Positions 50,271-61,090 of a stretch of 64,000 nucleotides of DNA are shown here, piece by piece. The DNA is from Dipteris shenzhenensis (Eukaryota). The stretch is from NCBI GenBank assembly GCA_047967505.1, contig CM106538.1. One strand, given 5' to 3'. The stretch's first letter is position 1; each line of letters opens with the position of its first letter. Under the pieces are notes generated by a model that saw only the letters and a program-made list of their open reading frames with translations, made no database searches and was not told where the DNA came from. Position numbers and translations under genes: made by a program.

Positions 50271-53200
50271 CACGAACATAATCTCTCCACTACAATTGGT
50301 ACCTCACAAGGATATAAAGGTAGGATTCCATTCCAAAAAGTTGAGTTAAAAAAGCCACTTGAATCTTGGATATCTCACATTATCCCTTTGTATTCATTGG
50401 CTGGTTGATGTCGTTAACCCATCCTCTAATACACTAGATATCATAGTAATGGACCATTTGAGCAGCCACAATGAACACACACACTCTCTCTCATGATACA
50501 ATTGTGGTCCCCCTTACCCTAACATGCCAAGTGCTTTTCTTATGGACTATAATCTTGCTAAATAAAGAGTGCCTGTGGCTCTCACAAGCTTTCTATATGG
50601 AGAAAATGGGCAAGAAAGCTAGCCAACAATAGATGTCCCAATACCACTAGTATTACTATCTAGACTCGTGGTATTAATGCATGCACGTCGATAACATTGG
50701 GAACCCCACCGGTATATAGACTTGTACCATCAATATCATGGGATACTAACACTAGGATAATGCTTATTATCGTTGCTATATTTATCCGGTTCACTAATAA
50801 TTTTTGTAGGTTACCAACGTGATCACATATTTTCATGCATTTTTGGACCAAACATGACATTCTTGAATGATAAGTTAATGCAAATTTGAAAATGTAAACA
50901 AAATCCTTGAGAGTGACTTCTCCAATAGCAGGCAACCATGGCATTAACAAGCACATGATAGGGAAACCTGTCATGCATGGGCCATGTCCTCGTTTCCCAC
51001 TTGATGAGAGAACTCGCTTTGAAGATGTGGAAATATGACATGATGTTCGTTGAAGTGACTTTTGCCCAGCTTTTTAATTTTTTGGTTCATACGTTCATCT
51101 TCCATCAGGATCCCTCATTAAGTAGGTAATTATGTGCCTAAGAGACACTGGGCCAGTGTATGAATGATGATGCAGAGAAGACGTCCCTAGATGATTTGAA
51201 AATGTGATTATATGGCATGTAATATCTTTTGAAATAGAAGGTTGTGTGTTCATATGAACTTATTTGCATTGGATGAATTGCGAGGACAATTGTTGAACAT
51301 TATGACTATTTTGAAAAAGGGATGAGAAAATCTTAAATGTGATAAAATGTTAGCCATAAATATTAGAAACCATGTTTGTGATTTTCTTGTAGGTGGGTCA
51401 ATGGTTAAGGTATGGTATAGCAACTGGAAAAAAGAAAAATAATTTCTCTTTATGTTGGTGACCTTTGCACTTGGAAATTTGTTGAGTGAATGTTGTGTTT
51501 ATGGTTCCACAACCATATCTTTACCCCTTAGTAAGTGTTAAAGTACCCTTACACGTGGAAACACATGCAAATATTGACCATGGATCAAGGTTACTATAAT
51601 GCACATTTAATAATGCATTTGCAATCCATTGAGCTACAATATGAGGACCATATGCAACTAGTATGGGCATCTATATGTGAAATGACAATGTTGCGATGAA
51701 GTGCCATGATGGATATTTGATGATATAAATCTTGTATATGCTCCACATAGAGAATGAGAAGAGTAATAATATAAGCTTTAGTTCATTATCCATGTTAAGA
51801 CATGCAATGCTGATATCCGAAGGAAAGGCAGATGATGGCCATATCCGTGGTAAAGGAAAAGATTTGATATTAAAGAGATATATGTTTGCGAAGGCTGCTA
51901 AGCCAAATGCTAGAAGTAAAAGAATTTGTTTGATGTTACAAAAAACATGTGGCAAGTCTTTGAAAGGAACAAACACCCATGCTTGCCAATGGACACACTT
52001 ATGAGAAATAGAAACATGTGAATGGATAAACAAAGAAAAAGGAAAGCCCCTTGGTTTATGAGGTGAAATTAGATCCTTTGGTTGGCAAAACTAGATCCTA
52101 GGTCTTTAAGTTCCTTTGGATGGGAAGTAAGTTCTCTTGGTTTAGTTGGATGGGAGCTAAGTTCACCTAGTTTGTTTGATGGAGACTAAGTCCATCTAGT
52201 TTGATTATGTGAACAATTCATTTTGTTGGCTACATTGGAACTAAATCCATCCATTTTGGGTACATGAAAAAGAATGGATTGCTAAATCTATGCTCTCAAA
52301 CCATGGCTAACCAAACCATGATCCAAAACCATGTCTTATTGAGCCAAAGTCATGACTTTTCCCTATCAAAACGTGGGAGGTGGTGGTTTTGGCCACCAAA
52401 TTGAGGACTATTAACTTGTGTGCTAAGTAGATAAGATGAACAAACTCATTATCCAAATTAGTGTGCTAATTAATAAGTCGTCCAATTGGATAAGGCTACT
52501 AAGTAGTTGGGATGCTACTAGATAAGGCTGACCACCAATTAGGATGAAACCAAGTCTGTCCAATTACCCCAAAACCATGGTTTTATAAAACCATGTTTTG
52601 AAGCCAGGGCACCAATACCATGTGCCATCAACTTGTAGGATACAAACAATCAGTGGGATAGATAAGGAGCTAACTAAGCTTCTTTTCAACCAAAATTCAC
52701 CTATAAAAGAAGGCACCCCCCATTGCCTTAGAGGACACTCCAGCAATGCCATCACACCCAACTGCAGCTAGGAAGGTCTCTTAATTAATTGTTTTGCAAG
52801 AATCATCAATTTCTTTAAGTTGCCCCACCTTGGTCATGCAAAATTTGAATTAAAATACACTAAAAGGTAAATTCTTAAAATAATTTTGGATATTTAACAA
52901 GTTGTATGTCTAGATTTATATATTCTTAAATGACTTCCAATATAAATTCTCAAGGGAAAAAAAATTTTCCAAACAAAATTTAGCATGTGCCAAAGCATTC
53001 CATACTGTAACATTACTAGCATTATAGTGATGCTATGTATAGCAATGGACAAGTCAATATAAACTTGCTCCAAGGATGTGTATTGGAATAATACATCATT
53101 GTTGACAGACTCATTATTGAAAATTGATTCTTGCATATTGCTATGTGTGGCAATGGACAAGTATGTAGAACCTTGCTCCTCGAAGGAAGTGTATTCTACA

Positions 53201-53346
53201 TTTTTTTCTTCACATTAATGTTGATTTCAAGCTCTTTCTCTATTTTCAAATCTTTATTTCATTTGGCAAGCCTCATTGCTTCTGGATCACAAGTCCATGT
53301 TATGCATTTGCCCTTGGGGAAATTTGGCTAACTAGGCAAAGCTAAT

Positions 53347-53468
53347 GGCAAAGATCTTGAGGTATAGTGTTGCCCTGGCTTCTCACTCTACATGTTCAAA
53401 CACATATTGGCAAAGATCTCAACGCACTAGTGTTGACTTGGCTTCTCACTCTACATGTTCAAACACAT
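53347..53468. repeat. ~62-bp tandem duplication
   Basis: ggcaaagatct...ggcttctcactctacatgttcaaacacata twice. Confidence 0.85.
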
Positions 53469-53646
53469 AATGCAATCCAAGTAAATTTAAATTGCACTTA
53501 TATTAACTTCTAAAGGTTGAGCAAGACTAATTTTAGAAAACATGTAAATATTCACATTTTCTCTAGCAGGCCTACACGAACCAAAAAAACCTTGTATGAA
53601 AGATACATCAATTAAGTTAATGCAAACCAATAAACAACAAAAAATT

Positions 53647-53922
53647 CCATTGTTCTTTCACTAGAGCCCATTGCTAGGTGTCTCACATAAGAGATCATTG
53701 AAAGATAAACATCAAGCATGAAAATGTATTGATGTCTTTTTTTACGATGTTCCTTTTGTTTGTGCAGGCTTGTTAGACAAAAAATATATTTTCGTCTAAC
53801 AGGCTTGCACAAAGAACATCGTAAGCAATAGACATTGATACAACTTCATGCTCGACGTTTATCTTTCAATGATCTCTTATGTGATACACCTAACAAGAGC
53901 TGGGCTACGCAAAGAGCAATGG
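53647..53922. repeat. 276-bp imperfect palindrome (fold-back)
   Basis: cacataagagatcattgaaagataaac pairs with gtttatctttcaatgatctcttatgtg; centre tgttagac-aaaaaatatattttc-gtctaaca. Confidence 0.93.
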
Positions 53923-54390
53923 GCATTTAGTCCTAATAACTTTTGAGAATATTGCTCATAAGAAAGTTCTCGCTCTATACAATTTTCATTTTTGATCTTA
54001 TAAGTCCTTTATTTTGGCATGGGTGAGTCCTAATGGCTCGCATAAATAAAATCCATTAATTAACATCACCGCTGCCATTAATATTAATACAATTAACCTA
54101 AGCATATTGCAAGCCTTTGACTCATTAATCAGACTAATCTAAGCCAAGCATTGGCATTATTAAATCAACATAATAAATTTATTAAATCCACATCTAATAA
54201 ATTTAACCGTTCAGTAACAAAAGGAATGCAATTATGGATTGACACTTCCAATTCGCACTTCTTTGCAAAAAGTCTTCACATTTTATTCTTTATTGCCTTT
54301 ATTTATTTACAATTGTTTGCTACCTCAAAAAAGTCGTGAGGTTTTCACATATTCAAAAAATATATTCACAGAGATGTAGGACATTATGCT

Positions 54391-55571
54391 TCAGCTTATG
54401 CGTATTCCCATTCTCGACTTGTTGATCAGAGGCATGAAGTCAGGAATGCGAGGACCAATGTTGCTAGTGTCTTCACTTGCAAGGGGAGTCATCACTGGGT
54501 CTTTGCCAGCTCTATGTTTTGGAATTGAAGCAATACTCTCAGCCTGGCCGGCAGACAAGGGACTCTCATTCGCCAAAAGCATTTTTGAATCTAGCACATC
54601 GATAGGTGATCCCACAACTTCGTTTGGCAGAATGATACGTGGAGATGGCGCTAAACCCATATCAAAATATCTCGCTGCATGCAAAACACCTTTGATCTGC
54701 TGGTTTGCTCTAGGCTAGCTTGTGGTTGAGTCATTGCTAAAGAAAATACTACTCACATCACTAGCAGTCAGCGAACTAGGATAAATCATCGATCTCCACA
54801 ATGACTGAGCTCTCCTGGCATCCATAGAACTGGCCGGAGTGGAACATCTTTAGAAGACATTTGCTGAGTGGCATTCCCAACCTCGATCCAAGCTTGAATT
54901 TCCAGTATATGAAGTAGCAATCAAACAAGTTACCACTACTCAAGCACACCTTGTTCTTCACTTCGTCAGCGCCATAACGAACGTACAACTCCATCCCCGA
55001 ATCCAGATCATTGCAGCTAACATTCCTCATCACGCTCTGGAAATGAGGCTCGGCATAGTCCTTCAGGCAGTAACCTAGCATACCGTGAAAGGTATGCAGG
55101 TTCCTTTGTCTTAAAGCCCTGCACATGATTACACCACCTCTCTGGGCGATTTGTATCCCAACCTATATATCTCGCGATGAGTTTATTCATTGATTGAATG
55201 CTTCGAGTAGAGATCCGGACAGCCATCTGAAAATGAAGGGGGCTCAATGCACCTCCCCTTTCCACAGCGCAGAAACCATTCATGCAGGCCTCCTCCAGAA
55301 ATGTCTCTATGCGACTGAGCAATTGTGTGTCCACATCATCTCCTCGTACGTTGACCGTAATGCTCAACTCAAACACCTTTGCACCCTCTGTAGTCTTCTT
55401 CGTCGTCTTGGGTGGTCTTCCTCTCCTACTCTTTTTCTTGAAACACGCAACACCACAATCATTAGTTCAAAGCTCTCACAATCAACATACTGACAATCGA
55501 GATACTCACGTAGCTTCCTCAGGTACGCTCTCTCCATCCTCCCGTGTTTCTTGCAAAGCCATCCTCGCCAT
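54391..55571 (-). mobile_element. Replitron-type Y1 HUH endonuclease transposase, pseudogenised
   Basis: FELSITV (motif I), VERGGALSPLHFQ (HUH motif with first His as Pro), HTFHGMLGYCLKD (YxxK), FHSGQFY, RAQSLWRSMIYP; frameshifts near 55140 and 54825, stop near 54716; no helicase domain seen. Confidence 0.85.
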
Positions 55572-55750
55572 CGACTTCACCCTCATGCTCCCCGCAATCG
55601 TCGTAATCCATGGCTGGAATGCTAACTTTATTAGCACCACCTCCATCATGAACTCGACGCACACCACCTGAAGCATTATGCCCACTAAACTATGCGGGAT
55701 GGCAGCAATTAAAGACCACCCCGAAGCCTCTAGAACGTTCAACACAGACT

Positions 55751-55820
55751 GCCACGTGCCAGCCCATGCTGACAGACACGTGGCCGGTCATGCAACCACT
55801 TGGCCGGTCATGCAACCACT
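55751..55820. promoter_or_regulatory. Two G-box/ABRE-like motifs and a perfect 20-bp tandem repeat upstream of the transposase
   Basis: GCCACGTG at 55751, GACACGTGGC at about 55775, tggccggtcatgcaaccact twice at 55781-55820; function not shown. Confidence 0.4.
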
Positions 55821-56235
55821 CCTTGGCCTCCCTTTTTGGGTCCTCTAATACCACCAACCACCCCCCGCCGCCCCCCCCGCGCTAACTCTAATTAATTGAT
55901 TTTCCAATGAATTCTCGCGGGGGGGTCCTATTATTCTGCCTAAAACGATCCATAATCTTCTCACTCGTACGCCTAGAATGTCCTAGGTCCTGCTGAATGG
56001 GATTTGGTTGGAAGTCAGATCGGTCATGATTGCATCAAGAGTGCTGATTGGCTCAATTGTCATTATCATGGGAGTGTCCGGTACACTCTGGTGTGACTAA
56101 ATCCTTGGGAATTCAAAGCCCATTGCAGGTCATACTACTGCATTCAATGATGCTTCAACAAGAAGCGATTTCTGATTCAAATCATGTGCTAAGAGGCCTG
56201 GGATTCGGACAAACTCGCTTCGCTGTTTCTGTGGA

Positions 56236-56752
56236 ATGAAAAATCAGAGTTCATCATATCAAGGCACTCAATTTAGTTTCTCTGACATGGACAAGGAGTC
56301 TCTTCTACTAGACGGCACGGCAGCGATGCATGAAGAGGCTTCGGCTCTCACTCTGGTCAGAAACGCCAAAAAAAGAACAAAGAAACAAATCAACAATTTG
56401 CTTCTAACTCGATTTCCCATGTATTGATTTATGTGATAATGAATGTGCACTCCTCATGATTTTCAGGGTACCATAAATACTAAGGAGAAATGTGGCATAT
56501 GCTGCACGCCTGTTACAACTCGTGGAGTCCTTGATTGTTGCAGCCATGTGTACGTTGCATATTTATAGCTATGGATGCTCATCGAGAATTCTTTTCGGAG
56601 TTGTGGTAGATCTTCCTCGTGTAAAATCCCACACTAATAGAGCATTGCTTGGGGAGTGCAGCTATTGCTTCAGTTGCATAGATAGCTGGTCAGCGATTAC
56701 AAACTTTTGCCCCCTCTGCAGATTGCAATTCAAATTTATAACCTTCATTACC
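56236..56752 (+). CDS. RING-finger protein, 5' exons (recalled similarity to the Arabidopsis At4g10930-like family); 3' part unresolved
   Basis: Exons 56236 (or 56287)-56355, 56467-56549, 56662-56752, GT-AG and in phase: KCGICCTPVTTRGVLDCCSHVYCFSCIDSWSAITNFCPLCRLQF, a C3HC4-type RING. Confidence 0.82.
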
Positions 56753-57830
56753 GTAAGTGTCCTGGCCTGCCATTGTGACTAGGGTTCTGATCTCTTTTGC
56801 ACAAAGGTTGCACGCATATAAGATAGACTGGATTTAAGCTCTGTTTTTTCCTCACATATATCAAGCTATATTGAAGTGGATTTCTATCTTCTAAGTATCT
56901 AGATTCAAGCTAGCTTGGCTTTTGGCGTTTGATGAGCTGCAACGATGATTGTAATTTGCTGCAAAAAGTTGGCTCGTAATATGGATGCTGCAATGGACAG
57001 ATCAACGAGGGTACCTGCTTACAAACTGCAGCTGAATAGATGATGCAAAAACTCCCTGAATGCACTGAGATAATAAAAGAATTTTCATTTTACTTGTTTG
57101 GGTGGCAGAAAGGGTATGGTCGGCCTGTAACCGATAGAAGGGCACTGTACAATATATCAAGGGTCCATAAGCCTTTAACATCAAATATCTCGAATTTGAT
57201 TGACTCTCTACCTGATCATCCAAATTCTTTTGAGGAATATATCCTCTAGAGTTTTGCGAACTTAATCGTACAGCCAGTAGAATTTATTGTAGTCTCTTGG
57301 ATCTTAGCATTACTTAGTCTTCTTTACGTTTAGAAGTTGATATCTATGATAAATCACAACAACCTGAGTATGCTGTATTGAATATCATATGAAATCCTCA
57401 CATTAACTCAAAACATCTCTGGTATTGGTGATTACTTGTGTCTTTGTACAAGTAAGAGTGCCTTTATCTCACAATTTAGTGTTTCAATCCTATTACTTCT
57501 CTGAAAAGGCTATAATACAAGGAAAGTAATGAAGAACATCCGTTTTGTTTCTAAGTCGCAAAGTCCCTGCTTTTCTTTGTTCTTATGCTTGTTTTATAAA
57601 AATTTAATCTGTAAGATTGGATGTATTCTCGTCTTATAAAGGAATACCTATGAACTCATCCTATTCTCTATGGAGTGAATTATTCCACAGCTGAAACCTG
57701 TTGGATAAAACTTGATGCTGATGGTAGATTGTGTTACAATAACAGGCCATCAAGATAAATATTAAAACCTGCGAAATTTGTACTCTCAATGAGAAAACCT
57801 TCTTGCACAAAGAATGACCCAAGCAGACAT

Positions 57831-58061
57831 ATGTCTCCACATGGACATATGTCCATCTCTGGAGTTAAAATATGCCCTACCAGATCCTGTTGAAATTGGA
57901 TGGGAACCCTCAAATGAAAAGACAGTGAATTGACTGCTAGTATGGCCATGTCTACACATGGCCATACGTCCATCCTTGCTGTTAAAATATGCGCTACAAG
58001 ACACTGTTGAAATTGGATGGGAATCCTGGAATAAAAAGATGTTGAATTGACTGCTAATATG
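57831..58061. repeat. Diverged tandem repeat, 117-bp period
   Basis: atgtct.cacatgg.cata.gtccatc at 57831 and 57948. Confidence 0.85.
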
Positions 58062-58276
58062 AGTAATATGCAATTGTTCTATAGCTTGGATGCAAAACGT
58101 GCAAGGCTAGAAGCGAGCCCAAGGGTACATGTTTCTGTTAATTTGCATAGCGATGAGTGATGCAGCAACAGTTTTAGTGTATGAACAGTGGGGCTGGAAG
58201 TCTGATTGGTTTTGGTGTAGCATGTTGAATTGCAAGTCAGAAGATACAGGACTGACCAGAGCATGTATTGAGATAC

Positions 58277-58621
58277 ATTAGCCTTCTCCTTTAGTGCTAG
58301 CCTTCGTCATGGCTGAGTCTGCCCTTCACCTCCGGAGTGCCGACAGAAACTCAGTACGAAGACTTTGTATAAATGGATGCTCAAGTATGTGTGGGTGTGT
58401 GGATTTGTATGTGTGAGAGCATATTTTTATACTATGGTCTACACCCGTTGTTGGGCGCTGATGACGTCAGTGGGGATGTCATAGTAGCTAGTTCTTGCTA
58501 TGCATGATGGAGTTTATGGTTTTCAACCTTGTGAGTGACTATCATGAGATTGAAACTGCACTATGTTGTGTTTTTAAAGGATGAGTTTGGGAATGTTCCT
58601 GGATTCATCTAGGTATATACA
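58277..58621 (+). repeat. ~320-bp dispersed repeat, copy B, flanked by a 31-bp direct repeat
   Basis: Matches 23086-23408 inverted; atacaggactgacca(g/t)agcatgtattgagat at 58244-58274 and 58617-58647. Confidence 0.92.
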
Positions 58622-58774
58622 GGACTGACCATAGCATGTATTGAGATGATTCTCATCACAAGTTCAACAAGTAAAACCAAAGTTTGTTTGCTTACAAGGC
58701 CTTTGTGTATGTACTTTCTAGCAAGGCAGTGAATGCAATGCTCATTCTTTGAAGCCCTAGTGGCTAAAGCGGAT

Positions 58775-61090
58775 TGTACATGTGGATTGAGTTTTCAGGT
58801 AAAGGCTGAAAGTTTCCCAAGATAGTCAAGCATAGTCAAGCAGAAGGGGCCTGCTAGAATGTTGCATATGGATAAGTGACAGAGGAGAAGATCCAGAAAT
58901 GGCTGGACATCCTGGAGAGTAAGGTTCCTCGTTCAGAAGGATTGGGGTTTGTTAGGTGAAGATTTGATATAAACTTAGGGTTAGAGGCTGAACCATACCT
59001 TTAAAATCCTTTTTTATTCTCTAACCCAAGGAGCAAATTAAGCAATGCCAAGGTTCAAACCGAGTTGTCGAAAGAATTGCACATGTGGAAGAGTTCAACA
59101 CCTATGAGCTCAAGAAACAGAATTCCAGGCTCAATAGTCTGCATATGAGATTTGACAACAAGCCCTTGAAGCCATAGCTGAGACCCAAAGACATACCCTC
59201 AAGGCTAAGATAACACACTGCTGCAGCAATGCAAGGCACAAAACAAGAAAACCGAACACCTCGAGACTGAGGCAGCAGCAAGACCAGCACCTGCAGGTCT
59301 AATTGTAGTGATCGAGGACTGAGATAGACTCCACACACAGCTAGAGCAGCTCCAAGCCAAGGGACCTGAGCAGAAAAGATAGCTGCTTGAGATCCATGAC
59401 CTTTTGAGCCAGCCTATCTGCCTTCCCGATGAACACACCTCTAAGTTCCCTTGGCACCAAGATTTCCATTACCCAGATGATGCCACATGGTCATAAGGAC
59501 CCTGTTCCAGCACAACCAATTCCATCACTCCCAGTTGATGGGCCACCCCCTAGAAGCTGTGAGTCCGGCGTCCATGGGCACAAAGAATCAGGTCCATGAG
59601 CCTTAGCAACGTTGGCAGCATGCAATTTGCCAAAATCCATCATTTTCTAGGATTTCGACTCTAAGCCAACCAGGCCAGGTCCGTGAGGACTGCACCTGCT
59701 GAGCAGTGCCACTCCGAGCATTCTGTGCATTCTGAGCACCTACTTGCACTGGAATCTCCTGATAGGAGCTCCAAAGGGGCCCCCAAAGGCTGGCCTAAGA
59801 TGTGGGGAGGAGCATGAATGAAGAGCTTTTTATAGGCAGCCGCAGCTCCCTGTGAAATACGTCCAAGGGCCTTGTTTTGAGGGCCAAGGACCAGCGGACT
59901 AGGTCGGTTTTAGCCGACCTGCCAGTGCTGGCTGGTTGGCTGGGTTTTAGGCCCTATTTAAGGGCTCCTTTGCCTCCTCATTTCCTCATTCAGTCCTAGC
60001 TTATAGAAGTTCCACTCCAGCCCTCGTGTGCAGCCCCTGTCCTCTCTAGAGGTCCCTTGTACAGCAGCAGTAAACCAGCAGTACAGATCGGGCTCTCTAG
60101 GAGGGTGTACATGCAGCACTTTAGCAAATGGAGGGAGGGAGGTTTGGACCAGCAAATGGAGGGAGGTTTGGTGTCTATTGCAACAGCTCTTTCCAATTTT
60201 ATTTTACAGTTTTCTCAGCTCACTTGCAGCTCTCATCTCTCAGCTTTCACTCAGTTCTTCTCTTAGTTTCTGAGCTCCATATCTCGGCTCTTCCATCCTC
60301 AGTTTCACCTCCGTTCACACCTCTCACTCACGCAGTTTCACTGCATGCCCGTGGAGAGCACTAGCCTCTTCGATAGCCTCGCACAGTGGTCTACAGTGTC
60401 AGTGTGGGCAGCACTGAGGCCTTGGTTGTGGCTGGACTGTTTCTCAGGCTTTGTGGGTCAGCTGACAGTGTTCAAGGTGTCAGCCTCAGAGTTGCATTAC
60501 GTGCACTTTTGAGGAGTGTCTTTTGTATTTTCAAGTTCTCCAAGTTTAAAGCAAATTCTCTTCTAGGGGACCCTTAGTGGATACAGGGACCCAATCGGTC
60601 AACTTCATTTTTCTAACCCTAAACCTTTTCTCTTCCTCTCTGTGGTGCATACACAAATACGTCTCACAATAAGGTTTAAAGAAGGTCTTGCTGCGATCAC
60701 ACGATCATTAACTGTTGGATGTTACATTGGTATCAGAGCTTTGGTTTGTAATCCAGCTTGAGTACCGTGAGTGCATGTTTGTAATCTAGCTTGAGTACTG
60801 TGAGTGCATGTTTGTGTTGAGATCTGGAAAGGCCACACATCCAAGCATTATGGAGCAAGACTTTCAAGAAGATAAAGATAGTCAGAAGAGTACGGTTCCG
60901 CTAAGCACTCAAGCAATGTTGGAGAAGCTTATGAATGAAATCGACTCCTCTTGTCCCAGCTAGAAGAAAACTCATGGCAGCTGGAAGAAAAAGGAAGACA
61001 GTTGGCGGAGACAAAGAAGCTGTTACGCTCTAGCCGAGGTAGCATGACCTCGGAAGAATCAGTCGACATTTCCCTTATAGGATCTATCTT
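58775..61090 (+). mobile_element. LTR retrotransposon 5' part (long LTR, PBS, start of a gag-like ORF), interrupted by a younger element
   Basis: LTR ends GTTACA at 60726; PBS TGGTATCAGAGC at 60728-60739; coiled-coil-like ORF remnant from 60849; LTR start uncertain. Confidence 0.75.

Noticed and set aside
50450-51110. Possible decayed membrane-protein pseudogene on the minus strand
   Set aside because: No motif I can assign with confidence; frames are full of stops
54077-54088. ATTAATATTAAT resembling the CRESS nonanucleotide TAATATTAC
   Set aside because: Mismatch at the nick site, no GC stem, expected by chance in AT-rich DNA
54386-55671. Plus-strand ORFs overlapping the transposase
   Set aside because: Antisense shadows of the HUH transposase frames
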